Positions 9,417 to 19,161 are shown, counted from the first letter of the stretch. The stretch: DNA of 64,000 bases from Burkholderiales bacterium (GCA_014860355.1 JACZJV010000114.1:2453-66452), one strand, 5' to 3'. Numbers and translations are program-made. Notes: a model not told the origin generated them from the letters alone.

Positions 9417-9638
9417 GCTTCGCGCGCGCAGGGGCTGCGGCAACCGCGCGGGATCCGTCAATTCTGCGCCCTGGCCGGCAGATGCGTTGCGGGTTCGCTG
9501 GAATATGAGGGGAGGCCCCCCGCTCATGACCCTCTGTATCGGGCCGTTGCAGAACGCATTTCGCGACGGGTTGTTGGACGGATTTCACTGGATGGGCATA
9601 TTATCGAGCATTCCGGCTTGCCCCCAGGAAACGATACC

Positions 9639-10277
9639 ATGATGCTCCCCAGAAATGCTTTGGCTGCGCTCCTGCTCACGCTCGCCGCAGCGCTCGCCCA
9701 GGCGCAATCGGCGCCCCAGCTCGGGCGCAACTACATCCGGCTCGACCCGCCGCAAGCGGTGAGCAGCGGTGACAGGATCGAAGTCATCGAGTTCTTCTAC
9801 TACGGCTGCCCGGTCTGCTACGAGCTCGAGCCGAAGCTGTCACGCTGGTTTTTCAACGCACCCGGTTCCATCACGCTGCGCCGCGTCCCTGCGCTGTCCT
9901 CGGACAACTGGGACAATTTCGCCAAGTTGTTCTACACCCTGGAGGCCATGGGCCAGGTCTCGCGCCTGCACTGGCCCGTATATGACAACTTCCACTTCGA
10001 CGGAGTGAAACTTAACGAGGAACAGGCAATGGCCGCCTGGGTCTCCCGCAACGGGCTAGACAAGCAGAAATTCATCGATACCTATCGCTCGCCCGATATC
10101 CAGGCAAAGCTCGGCAGGGCGCGCGATATGACGCAGAGCTATGAGATCAGGGGCGTACCCAGCATTGTGGTCGACGGCAAGTTCGTCACCTCCGCACGCA
10201 TGACCGGCGGCACCAGCGAGCTGATGCAGATGGTGGACCAGCTGGTCGACCTGGCGCGCAAGGAGCGGGGAAAATAG
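9639..10277 (+). CDS. DsbA-family thiol:disulfide oxidoreductase, second paralogue (CPVC)
   Basis: ATG 9639 (preceded by agga) within ORF 9618..10277. Signal peptide, IEVIEFFYYGCPVCYELEP and GVPSIVVDGKF. Confidence 0.85.
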   Translation: MMLPRNALAALLLTLAAALAQAQSAPQLGRNYIRLDPPQAVSSGDRIEVIEFFYYGCPVCYELEPKLSRWFFNAPGSITLRRVPALSSDNWDNFAKLFYTLEAMGQVSRLHWPVYDNFHFDGVKLNEEQAMAAWVSRNGLDKQKFIDTYRSPDIQAKLGRARDMTQSYEIRGVPSIVVDGKFVTSARMTGGTSELMQMVDQLVDLARKERGK

Positions 10278-11053
10278 CGGCGCCGGCGCCGCAGTCGGTT
10301 TTCATCAGCGGCGCCTCCAGCGGCATCGGCGCCGCCCTGGCGCGGCATTATGCCGGCCTCGGGACCACCCTGGGCCTGGCGGCGCGGGGAGCGGCGCGAC
10401 TGCAGACGCTCGCCGATTCCCTCCCGACCGAGGTCTGCGTCTATGCGCTGGACGTAAGCGACGGCGCCGCGCTCAGGGCTGCCGCGCGGGATTTCAGCGC
10501 GCGGCACGGCGTCCCCGACATCGTCATCGCCAATGCAGGCGTCAGCGCCGGCACCCGGGCCGAGCTCGAGGCGGACATCCCGGTGCTCTCGCGCATCATG
10601 CAGGTCAACGTGATCGGCCTGGCAGCGACGCTGCAGCCCTTCGTCGCGCCGATGCGCGAACGCGGCAGCGGTACGCTGGTCGGCATCGCCAGCGTCGCCG
10701 GCTTTCGCGGTCTGGCCGGCGCCGGCGCCTATAGCGCCTCCAAGTCCGCAGCGATCACCTGGCTGGAATCCCTGCGCCTGGAACTGCACGCCAGCGGCGT
10801 CGGCGTAGTCACCATCTGCCCCGGTTTCGTTGCCACACCGCTGACGGCGGTCAATCGCAACCCGATGCCTTTCCTGCTCCAGGCGCCCGAGGCGGCGCGG
10901 CGCATAGCCAGGGCCATCGCGGCGAAAAAGCGCCTCGCCATCATTCCGTGGCAGATGGCCCTGGTGTTCTTCTTTCTGCGGCGCATGCCGAACAGCCTGT
11001 ACGACCGCCTGTTCGCGCGCGCACCGCGCAAACCGCGCGCTCCCGGCGCCTGA
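10274..11053 (+). CDS. Short-chain dehydrogenase/reductase (SDR) with a non-canonical or damaged start
   Basis: This frame is open from 10145. The Rossmann motif VFISGASSGIGAALA is encoded at 10298-10342. Downstream lie NAG (10532-10540) and YSASK, in the part listed by the ORF track as 10583..11053. There is no ATG, GTG or TTG between 10145 and 10583. The proposed start is ATA 10274, 8 nt after the SD-like aggag at 10261-10265. Confidence 0.6.
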   Translation: MAAPAPQSVFISGASSGIGAALARHYAGLGTTLGLAARGAARLQTLADSLPTEVCVYALDVSDGAALRAAARDFSARHGVPDIVIANAGVSAGTRAELEADIPVLSRIMQVNVIGLAATLQPFVAPMRERGSGTLVGIASVAGFRGLAGAGAYSASKSAAITWLESLRLELHASGVGVVTICPGFVATPLTAVNRNPMPFLLQAPEAARRIARAIAAKKRLAIIPWQMALVFFFLRRMPNSLYDRLFARAPRKPRAPGA

Positions 11054-11060
11054 TTGCAGC

Positions 11061-11852
11061 ATGTGGCGCGACGCCGTCGGCACGCTGCATCAACGCGCAG
11101 ACAGCCCGGCGCGCATTGTTTCGCTGGTGCCCTCGATCACCGAGCTGGTCTGCGATCTGGGACTCGCCGCGCAGCTCGTCGGCCGCACCGGCTTCTGCGT
11201 GCATCCGCGAGAAACCCTGCGGGCCGTACCCAAGGTGGGAGGCACCAAGGACGTCAACCTCGCCAGGCTGCGCGCCCTGGCGCCGACGCATGTGCTGCTC
11301 AACATCGACGAAAACGAGAAGCCGGTGGCCGCGGCACTGGCGCAGTTCGTGCCCAAGCTGATCGTAACGCATCCGCTCGCCCCGCTGGACAACCCGACCC
11401 TGTTCCGGCTTTTAGGCGGAATTTTCGGGCGCGAGCGGGAGGCCGAAGCGCTGTGCGCGCGGTTCTACGCCGCGCACGACGCGCTGGCACAGGCCGCGCG
11501 CGACTGGCCGCGCCAGCGCGTGCTCTACCTGATCTGGAAGGATCCGTGGATGACGGTTTCGCGCGACACCTACATATCGCGCACGCTGGCGCTGGCGGGC
11601 TGGGATACCCTGCCGGCATCCAATGCGACGCGCTATCCGCAGCTGACGCTGGACGAAGTCCTGCTGCGCGATGTCCAACAGGTAATGCTGTCGAGCGAAC
11701 CCTATCGCTTTCGCGCGCGCCATGTTGCCGAGTTGCGCGCGCTGCCGCTCATGCGCGAAAAAGCGGTGGCGCTAATCGACGGCGAGATGACTTCCTGGTA
11801 CGGCAGCCGCGCCATCGCCGGGATGGATTACCTGCGCCGGCTCAGGACATGA
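11061..11852 (+). CDS. Periplasmic-binding-fold protein, cobalamin-binding (BtuF/helical-backbone metal receptor)-like
   Basis: RIVSLVPSITELVCDLGLAAQLVGRTGFCVHP...VGGTKDVNLARLRALAPTHVL matches the pattern of the PBP type 2 / BtuF-like family. No obvious signal peptide. Confidence 0.65.
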   Translation: MWRDAVGTLHQRADSPARIVSLVPSITELVCDLGLAAQLVGRTGFCVHPRETLRAVPKVGGTKDVNLARLRALAPTHVLLNIDENEKPVAAALAQFVPKLIVTHPLAPLDNPTLFRLLGGIFGREREAEALCARFYAAHDALAQAARDWPRQRVLYLIWKDPWMTVSRDTYISRTLALAGWDTLPASNATRYPQLTLDEVLLRDVQQVMLSSEPYRFRARHVAELRALPLMREKAVALIDGEMTSWYGSRAIAGMDYLRRLRT

Positions 11853-11939
11853 GAATTCTGGACAAGACGAAGGGGTTGATTGCGTTCGTGCCAACCCGAC
11901 CCGGCCCCAAACAAAATGGCGATTGCCGCGGAGTTTGAA

Positions 11940-12806
11940 TCAACCGCCCAGGAACAGACGGCCGACGTCGGGGTTCTCCAACAATTCATCCCCAGGTGCG
12001 GCCATCGCGATTTCTCCGGCGACCAGCACGTAGCCGATGTCGGCAAACTCCAGTCCTTTCTTTGCGTTCTGCTCCACCATGACGATGGTCTTGCCCTCGG
12101 TCTTCTGCAAATCCGCAAGGATCTCGAACACCATGTCAATGAACCGCGGTTCCAGGCCGATCGAGGGTTCGTCCACCAGCAGAATTTCGGGCTCCATCAC
12201 CAGCGCCCGCGATATTTCCAGCAGCCGTCGCTCGCCGCCTGAAAGCACCCTGGCGGGATGCCGGCGCCGCGCCGCCAGCCGGTCGTACTTGGCGAAAACG
12301 CGCTCGGCGCGTTCCCTGGCCTCGGCCGCCGTATCGAGCAGATAGCCGCCCATCCACAGGTTTTCCTCCACCGTCATATTGGGGAACACCGACTTGTCCT
12401 GCAGTATGTAGGCGATGCCCGCCTGCTTGAGCGTCTGATTGGCGCCTAGCCTGGTGATGTCCTTCCTGCCGCCGCCGTCGCCGACGAGGATATGCCCGTT
12501 GAAAATATGGGTGAAACCGTAAATCGAATGCAGCACGGTCGACTTGCCCGCGCCATTGGGCCCGATCAGGCATAGCGATTGACCCTTGCCGACCTGGAGA
12601 TTGAAGTCGTGCAGCACTTCCATCTTGCCGTAGCCCGCATTCAGACCCTCGATCACCAGGTATGGATCGTTTCCGGCGAGCGCGGCGATGCGCTCGCGCG
12701 TGACGCCACCGCCCAGTTTGGCCGCTTCGCGATTGACGTCTTCCACCGAAATGACGGTATCCACCCCGCCCAGGTGGTAGCCGGTCGAGAGCTTCTTCGC
12801 GGCCAT
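11940..12806 (-). CDS. Branched-chain amino acid-type ABC transporter ATP-binding protein (LivF-like) with an N-terminal extension of about 45 aa
   Basis: Walker A GPNGAGKST, signature LSGGERRLLEI and Walker B ILLVDEPS. The start overlaps the stop of the upstream ATPase gene. Confidence 0.88.
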   Translation of the reverse strand: MAAKKLSTGYHLGGVDTVISVEDVNREAAKLGGGVTRERIAALAGNDPYLVIEGLNAGYGKMEVLHDFNLQVGKGQSLCLIGPNGAGKSTVLHSIYGFTHIFNGHILVGDGGGRKDITRLGANQTLKQAGIAYILQDKSVFPNMTVEENLWMGGYLLDTAAEARERAERVFAKYDRLAARRRHPARVLSGGERRLLEISRALVMEPEILLVDEPSIGLEPRFIDMVFEILADLQKTEGKTIVMVEQNAKKGLEFADIGYVLVAGEIAMAAPGDELLENPDVGRLFLGG

Positions 12807-13552
12807 CAGTGCGCTCCCAGGTAAGCGTCGATGACGCTCTTGTCGTTCTGGATCTTCTCCGGCGGCCCTGCGGCCAGCAGTTCGCCGTGCGCGAGACAGT
12901 AGATATGTTCGGCCATGTTCATGATCACGCGCATATTGTGCTCGACGATGAACATGGTGATGCCGAAGTCGCGGTTGGCCCGCTGCAGCCGGTCAATCAG
13001 ACCGTTGATCAGCGTCGGATTGATCCCGGCGGTCGGCTCATCGAGCAGCAGCACCTTGGGTTCGTTCATCAGCGCCATGGCAAACTCGAGCAATTTCTGC
13101 TGGCCGAAGGACAACGACCCGGCCACGAGATTGCGTTTGGCATAAAGGCCGACGAACTCCAGCAGCTGCTCGGCCCGCTCCACCACAGCCGGGGGATATT
13201 TGGCGAACATATCGCCCCAGGCGGCATTGCGGTGCGCTATGGATATGCGCATGTTCTCGAGGCAGTTCATCTTGGCGTAGATGCGCGTCTGCTGGAATGT
13301 GCGCACCAGTCCCAGGCGGGCGATTTTCTGCACGTTGAGATCTGAAATCTCCCTGCCTTCGAACTTGATCGAGCCCGCGTCTATCGGGTGATAGCCGACG
13401 ATCGAGTTGAACAGCGTCGTCTTGCCCGAGCCGTTGGGACCGATCAGGCCGGTGATGCGGCCCTCGGCCACCGTCAGTGAAATGTCGTGGTTTGCGACTA
13501 CGCCGCCGAAGGACTTGCTGACCCTGCTCACTTCGATCAGCGCCTCGCTCAT
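12806..13552 (-). CDS. ABC transporter ATP-binding protein (LivG-like)
   Basis: Start at ATG 13552 (MSEALIEVSRVSKSFGGVVANHDISL) inside ORF 12806..13921. GPNGSGKTT, LSFGQQKLLEFA and LLLDEPTAG. ATGA overlap with the permease stop. Confidence 0.9.
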   Translation of the reverse strand: MSEALIEVSRVSKSFGGVVANHDISLTVAEGRITGLIGPNGSGKTTLFNSIVGYHPIDAGSIKFEGREISDLNVQKIARLGLVRTFQQTRIYAKMNCLENMRISIAHRNAAWGDMFAKYPPAVVERAEQLLEFVGLYAKRNLVAGSLSFGQQKLLEFAMALMNEPKVLLLDEPTAGINPTLINGLIDRLQRANRDFGITMFIVEHNMRVIMNMAEHIYCLAHGELLAAGPPEKIQNDKSVIDAYLGAH

Positions 13553-14598
13553 TGCGCATCCTCGGGCGCCGCACCCCCCGGCGCGCGGTCGACCACCAGC
13601 CCGAAGCGCTCCGGCCATTTTTCCTGCATCCACCCCATGATGCCCTGCTGGAAATAGACCACGTTGACGATGATCAGCAGCCCCAGCGCGACATACTGCC
13701 AGCCGAGCAGATAGGTCCAGGTCACTTCCTTGAGCACATGAAACAGCACCGCGCCGATGATCGGACCCCACAGCGTCCCCTTGCCCCCCAGCAGCGTCAT
13801 CGCCACCATGAAAATACCGAAGGTGAGCGTGGGATAGGCCACTTCCATGGGTTCGATGAACCCGGTCATGTTGCCGAACAATCCGCCGACGATGCCGAGG
13901 AAGAAAGCCGAGATCGACCATGCCATCATCTTGTAGCGGTTGGTATGCAGGCCCATGGCCTCGGCCTTGTCCTCATCGTCGCGTATCGCATTGAGCGCCA
14001 TGCCGAAGCGGGTCTGGTACAGCCAGCGCAGAAACAGGTAACAAACTATCGTAAGCAGCATGCACAGGCTGTAGAAGAAGAGGGAACGCGCGCCGGGCTC
14101 GCCGGGAAACACGGGCATCGAGATCCCGCCGCCGCCGCCGACATAGTTCCAGGACCCCGTCAGTTCCGCGGCTGCAAGCGCGGCGCCCAGCGTGCCGATC
14201 GCGAAGTAGGGTCCGCGCAGACCGAACAGTACCCAGCTCAGCACGGCCGCGACGACGACGCTGGCCAGCGCCGCGAATACCAGGCCCAGCGCAAGCCCGA
14301 GGTAATACTGCTGGTCGGTGAAATCGACCTTGATCGCGCCGAAGGCGGCGGTGTACTTGCCGACATCGTAGAACATGCCGATTTGCGTGATCGCGCAAAT
14401 GTACATGCCAAAGCCGAAGAACAGGATGTTGCCCAGCGAGTTGTAGCCCATCTGCCCGCCGAGGACATCCCAGGTCAGCGCGAACAGGATCATGATCCAC
14501 AGCATTGCGAACTGGAACACCAGCCCGGGGAACAACAGCGGCGCGACGATGCCGGAAACGAGGATGGCGCAGTGCAGGATCAGGGAGTTCTTGGTCAT
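13549..14598 (-). CDS. Branched-chain amino acid ABC transporter permease (LivM-like)
   Basis: Start at ATG 14598 (MTKNSLILHCAILVSGIV...) inside ORF 13549..15027. Multi-TM, with LGGQMGYNSLGN typical of the LivM family. Confidence 0.88.
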   Translation of the reverse strand: MTKNSLILHCAILVSGIVAPLLFPGLVFQFAMLWIMILFALTWDVLGGQMGYNSLGNILFFGFGMYICAITQIGMFYDVGKYTAAFGAIKVDFTDQQYYLGLALGLVFAALASVVVAAVLSWVLFGLRGPYFAIGTLGAALAAAELTGSWNYVGGGGGISMPVFPGEPGARSLFFYSLCMLLTIVCYLFLRWLYQTRFGMALNAIRDDEDKAEAMGLHTNRYKMMAWSISAFFLGIVGGLFGNMTGFIEPMEVAYPTLTFGIFMVAMTLLGGKGTLWGPIIGAVLFHVLKEVTWTYLLGWQYVALGLLIIVNVVYFQQGIMGWMQEKWPERFGLVVDRAPGGAAPEDAQ

Positions 14599-15497
14599 TG
14601 CAGTGCCTGACGGTGACGTTGCAGCAGCAGCCTGCGCCATACGAGCACCAGGACCAGCAGACCGACCACGGTCGCCTGCTGAAACTGCGCCCCGAGTACG
14701 AAACCGCTGTACTGCTCGATCGCGCCCAGGCCCAGGGCCATGACGATGACGCCGGGGAGATTGCCCAGCCCGGCGGCGGTCACGATGACGAATGCCCGCA
14801 CCGAATAGGCGATGCCATAGAACGGCTGCAGCACCCAGATCATGGAAATCAGTACACCGGCCACGCCGCAGATCGCCGCGTTGAGCGAAAAGGTGAAGGC
14901 GTAAACACGCTCCGTGTCCACGCCCATCACCCGCGCGGCACGCGCATCCTGCGCCGTCGCCCGGATCGCCTGGCCCATGCGGCTGCGCTTCATGAACAGC
15001 ACCAGCACCAGCGCCAGCACGCCGCACAGGACGAAGGAAATCATCCGGATATCGGTCACCGTGACCAGGCCGTCGAACAGTTCGCGCGTATTGAATCCGG
15101 ATTCCGCGGTGCGCACCTCGGGCCCGAAGATCAGGTTCATCGACTGCTGCATCACGATGGCGAGCCCGAAGGTCGCCAGCAGGGACGTGAACAGTTCGCG
15201 CTGGATCACCCGGCTGATCACCAGCTTGTAGACGATCCAGCCGAAGGCGTACATCAGCACGGCTACGGGGATCACGGTAACAAGAGGATGTATGCCGTGC
15301 TTGGCAAGCTCGTAGCCCAGATAGCCGCCCAGCATGACGAAATCGCCCTGCGCGAGGTTCTTGACGTTGGTCACGCCCCAGACGAGTGCGAGCCCGTAGG
15401 CCGCCAGCGCGAATACCGCACCTACCAGCACGCCGTTCAGGAGCAGCTGCACGTTGAAAACCGGCGCAGCGACGAGTATTTGGAAGTTATCCAGCAT
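14595..15497 (-). CDS. Branched-chain amino acid ABC transporter permease (LivH-like)
   Basis: ORF 14595..15518; the ATG at 15497 (MLDNFQILV...) is preferred as start. LLNGVLVGAVFALAAYGLALVWG is typical of LivH. Confidence 0.88.
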   Translation of the reverse strand: MLDNFQILVAAPVFNVQLLLNGVLVGAVFALAAYGLALVWGVTNVKNLAQGDFVMLGGYLGYELAKHGIHPLVTVIPVAVLMYAFGWIVYKLVISRVIQRELFTSLLATFGLAIVMQQSMNLIFGPEVRTAESGFNTRELFDGLVTVTDIRMISFVLCGVLALVLVLFMKRSRMGQAIRATAQDARAARVMGVDTERVYAFTFSLNAAICGVAGVLISMIWVLQPFYGIAYSVRAFVIVTAAGLGNLPGVIVMALGLGAIEQYSGFVLGAQFQQATVVGLLVLVLVWRRLLLQRHRQALQ

Positions 15498-15556
15498 GGC
15501 GATCGACGCGCGGGCCACGCGGGGCCCGCGCGCATCCTCGGTGAATTATCGCCCGC

Positions 15557-16810
15557 CTACTTGGCCGCGCGCGGATAGACCAGCTTGTGCGACGCCCATT
15601 TCGACGGCGCAACCACATTGTATTTGCCGTCCTGGATCTGGCGCAGCACCATGGGCTTGGAAATATTGTTGCCCGCCGGCCCGAACTTGATGTGGCCGTA
15701 GAAGGTATCCAGGTCCGTGGCGGCGAGGGTGTCGCGCAATTTCTCGGTGTCGAAGGACTGCGCGCGCTTGAACGCATCCGCCCAGATCAGCACCGCCGCG
15801 GAGCCCTGCGCGGCCTGGTACGGCACCGTTTCGTAGTCCTTATAGGTCTTCAGGAACAGGGTGTTGTACTGGATCGCCGTGCCGAAAACCGGATCCTTGT
15901 AGCTCAGCGTCTCCGCCCACTGGGTCGGACACAGGATGTCTTCGGCACCCTTCTTGAACTTTTCCACCAGGTCCGCGGATTCGCAATGGGTGAATGCGAC
16001 CAGCGGAACGGCGATGTTCATCTCGTTGAGCTGGCGCGTCGCGGTGGTCGCGCCCTTGGTGTGGCCGGATACGACCAGCATATCGGGCTTGAGCGCCTTG
16101 ATCTTGGTCATCGTCGCCGTCATGTCGCTCAGGTCGCGCGGCAGCTTGTCGTCGATGACGGCCTTCATGCCGTATTTCTTCATCTGGTCCAGAACGCCGG
16201 CGCGCACGTCTAGCGAAAACGGATCGTTCTCGAAGGCCATCGCCACCTTGACGTCGCCGGCTTTCTTGCCGTTTTTCTCCGCCACCTCGGCGGCGAGATC
16301 GATTGCGCTGGAGAGGTACTGCTCCGAGGTCGACAGCGCGGCAAACATGTAACGGTATCCCTGGGTGAAGAGCGAGCGCGATGCGCCTTCGGCCTCCACC
16401 ATCGGGATCTTGTATTTCTCGGTCACCGGCGCGGCCGCCTTGGTGGTGCCCGAACTGTAGGGCCCGAGCACATACTTGATTCCGTCCTGGTTGATCAGGC
16501 GTTCGAGCAGCTGCGCAGTACGTGCCGGCGTGGATTCGTCGTCGTAGTATTTGACTTCCAGCTTGTAGGCTTTGCCGCCGACCGTGACCCCGCCCTGGTC
16601 GTTGACCATCTTGACCGCGAGATCATAGCCGTCCCTAGCGTTCTTGCCTTCCTGGGAGTATTTGCCGGTGATCGAGATGGCGGAGCCCAGAATGATCTTG
16701 TCGCCTTCCACCTTGGCGTAGGCGGACGTGCCGGCAAGCGTAGCTACACCCAGCGCCGCGCCGAACACCAGTGCGCGGGCAACGGCATTACCTTGGAATG
16801 ATTGCTGCAT
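15557..16810 (-). CDS. ABC transporter substrate-binding protein (Leu/Ile/Val-binding protein family)
   Basis: 417 aa. Signal peptide ...GTSAYA, then IILGSAISITGKYSQEGKNARDGYDLAVKMVNDQGG, typical of type I PBP LivK-like proteins. Confidence 0.88.
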   Translation of the reverse strand: MQQSFQGNAVARALVFGAALGVATLAGTSAYAKVEGDKIILGSAISITGKYSQEGKNARDGYDLAVKMVNDQGGVTVGGKAYKLEVKYYDDESTPARTAQLLERLINQDGIKYVLGPYSSGTTKAAAPVTEKYKIPMVEAEGASRSLFTQGYRYMFAALSTSEQYLSSAIDLAAEVAEKNGKKAGDVKVAMAFENDPFSLDVRAGVLDQMKKYGMKAVIDDKLPRDLSDMTATMTKIKALKPDMLVVSGHTKGATTATRQLNEMNIAVPLVAFTHCESADLVEKFKKGAEDILCPTQWAETLSYKDPVFGTAIQYNTLFLKTYKDYETVPYQAAQGSAAVLIWADAFKRAQSFDTEKLRDTLAATDLDTFYGHIKFGPAGNNISKPMVLRQIQDGKYNVVAPSKWASHKLVYPRAAK

Positions 16811-17236
16811 GATTCCCTCCTTTTCGTTTGAATTGGCGTTTCAATTCGCTCCGACGGCGGGAAGACTGCCCCGCTGCCGTCCTGATCTCACGCTCTTGAT
16901 GCGCTTATGCGCGCTGGAAATATACCGGGGCCCGGGTACCCCCTATCCGTGATGCCATCCCCGGTTACTTATGCACCATACAAATGATACAACGATTGGA
17001 TCGCGTTTTGGGCAAAAAGGTTCTGCGCGTCGATCGGGCATGTCTGCATATGCCGCTATTGGCGCAGTTGTGCAGCGCGGCGCGCGCGGCCGCGAATGCC
17101 GCAGCGCATTCTTGCGCCGAATGTTTGACGGCGTCGCTCAAGCCTGCACGCGGAGCGCGGCAGTCAGATCGAAACCGGCCCGGGCGGCCGGGGCAGGCAG
17201 GGTTATCGAACCGGCGCTCCCGCGGCCAGTGCGCGC

Positions 17237-19066
17237 CTATTTCGCCGGCCGTGGCTTGGCCTTTTTCTTCTCCGCGCCCAACCGCAGGCTCACGTAGGCG
17301 CCGGGCGCGTTTTCGATCACCTGCAGTTTGCCGTCCCCGGGCACGCGCGCCGCGACTTTGACGCCGCCGTTTTTCTTGTCCATCCACGCCTGCCAGTCTC
17401 CCCACCAGGAGCCTTCGTGGCGCGTTGCCGTGCTCAGCCACTCGTCCGAATCCTGCGGAAATTCAGCGTTGGTCCAGTAGCAATACTTGTTCGCCGCAGG
17501 CGGGTTGACGATGCCGGCGATGTGGCCGGAGCCGCCGAGCACGAAGCGCACCTCTCCTGAGAGGACGCGCGCGCCCTTGTACACCGATTTCCACGGCGCA
17601 ATGTGGTCTTCCGCGGTGGAAATGAAATACGCCGGAATCCTGATCTTGCTGATATCGATCGCCACCTTGTCCAGGGTGATGCCGCCCGGATCCTTCAGTT
17701 TATTGCCCAAATACATGTTGCGCAGGTAGAAGCTGTGCATTTTCGCCGGCATGCGCGTCGAATCCGAGTTCCAGTAGAGCAGGTCGAACGGGAACGGGTC
17801 CTTGCCCATCAGGTAGTTGTTCACCACGAATGACCAGATGAGATCGTTCGAGCGCAGCATGTTGAAGGTACCCGCCATCTCCGAGCCTTCGAGATAGCCG
17901 CGCTCGTTCATGCGCCGTTCCAGATTTTCCACCTGCTTCTCGTCGATGAATACCCCGAGTTCGCCGGGAATGGAGAAATCGAGCAGCGACACGAAGAAAG
18001 TCGCGCTGGCGACGCGCTTGTCCTTCTTCGCACTCATCACGCCGAGCGCCGCGCCGAGCAGGGTCCCGCCCAGGCAATAGCCGATCACGTTCACCTGTTT
18101 CTCGCCGGTCGCCTTCTCGATTGCGTCGAGCGCGTCGTTCGGACCCTGGTGCAGGTAATCCTCGAAACTCTTTCCGGCGTATTCCTTGCCCGGGTTGACC
18201 CAGGAAATCACGAACACCGTGTGCCCCTGGTCGACCGCCCACTTGATGAAGGAGTTCGACTCGCGCAGATCCAGAATGTAGTACTTGTTGATCCAGGGCG
18301 GGATGATCAGCAGCGGCTGCTTGTACACTTTTTTCGTGCTCGGCTGGTACTGGATCAGCTGCATCAGTTCGTTCTGGTACACCACCTGGCCCGGCGTGGT
18401 GGCGATGTTCTCGCCCATCCTGAACGCTTCGGGGTCGGTCATGCTAATTTGCAGTTGTCCGTCGCCGCGCTCGATGTCGCCGAGCAGGTTGTTCAGGCCG
18501 CGCAGCAGGTTCTGCCCGCCCGAGGACAGCGTTTCGCGCACCACTTCCGGGTTGGTCAGCGCAAAATTCGAAGGCGACAGCGCGTCGATGTACTGGCGCG
18601 TGAAAAAATCGACTTTCTTGCGCGCGTCGGCCGGCAGGTGTTCGACGTTCGACACCGCTTCGTGGATGTGGCGCGCCGCGATCAGGTAGGACTGTTTGAC
18701 GTAATCGAACAGAAAATGGTTTTCCCAGTCTTCGTGGCGGAAACGATTGTCGCCCTTGCGCGGCACGGCGACCGGCTCGGCCTTCTGCCCCATCATCTGC
18801 ATCACGCTGCTCTGCCACAGGCGCGTATAGTCCCAGAACATGTTCATCTGCACCTCGGCCATCTGCTGCGGCTTGGAGAGCATCAGCGCCGACAGGTCCA
18901 TGAACGCCTGGCCGATGCCGAACTCGTCGGATACGGCCGTGTTCTGCGTTTCGGTCTGGCGCTTGAGATAATCAGCCATGATGCGGCTGGACCGCTCGGC
19001 CACCTCGGCGAATATCCGGGCTGAGTCGGTGCCCGTTGCGGCGGGCTTGGATTGCTGCTTGCTCAT
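17237..19066 (-). CDS. phaC: Class I poly(R)-hydroxyalkanoate synthase
   Basis: 609 aa. Lipase-box-like GYCLGG; PLLIIPPWINKYYILDL and other conserved PhaC N-terminal and core motifs. Confidence 0.92.
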   Translation of the reverse strand: MSKQQSKPAATGTDSARIFAEVAERSSRIMADYLKRQTETQNTAVSDEFGIGQAFMDLSALMLSKPQQMAEVQMNMFWDYTRLWQSSVMQMMGQKAEPVAVPRKGDNRFRHEDWENHFLFDYVKQSYLIAARHIHEAVSNVEHLPADARKKVDFFTRQYIDALSPSNFALTNPEVVRETLSSGGQNLLRGLNNLLGDIERGDGQLQISMTDPEAFRMGENIATTPGQVVYQNELMQLIQYQPSTKKVYKQPLLIIPPWINKYYILDLRESNSFIKWAVDQGHTVFVISWVNPGKEYAGKSFEDYLHQGPNDALDAIEKATGEKQVNVIGYCLGGTLLGAALGVMSAKKDKRVASATFFVSLLDFSIPGELGVFIDEKQVENLERRMNERGYLEGSEMAGTFNMLRSNDLIWSFVVNNYLMGKDPFPFDLLYWNSDSTRMPAKMHSFYLRNMYLGNKLKDPGGITLDKVAIDISKIRIPAYFISTAEDHIAPWKSVYKGARVLSGEVRFVLGGSGHIAGIVNPPAANKYCYWTNAEFPQDSDEWLSTATRHEGSWWGDWQAWMDKKNGGVKVAARVPGDGKLQVIENAPGAYVSLRLGAEKKKAKPRPAK

Positions 19067-19161
19067 GGTGTCACTCCTTTGAATCTGTTTTCAAAATGAA
19101 GGCGTAGCGGCGGGAGCGCAACTGCGACGCTCCTTCCCTCCAGACCGACCCGCAGCGCGAT

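Noticed and set aside
12806-13921. Long N-terminal extensions offered by the ORF track for many genes (for example LivG 371 aa, LivM 492 aa, DppF 389 aa, FMO 523 aa, liuB 580 aa, C45 453 aa).
   Set aside because: The extensions are Arg/Gly/Ala-rich, overlap the upstream gene, and family-typical N-termini with SD sequences or ATGA/TGATG coupling exist at internal ATGs. I used the internal starts.
17171-17196. Possible terminator after phaC (CCGGCC-gcccg-GGCCGG followed by TTT).
   Set aside because: The stem is only 6 bp and the T-tract only 3 nt, which is too weak to report as a feature.
16811-17236. Possible phasin/phaR or other small gene in the 425-bp spacer between the LIV SBP gene and phaC.
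   Set aside because: The ORFs here (16971..17297+, 16984..17361+, 16965..17441-) are low-complexity and overlap phaC, with no supportive motifs. The spacer probably holds only the promoter and leader of the liv operon.
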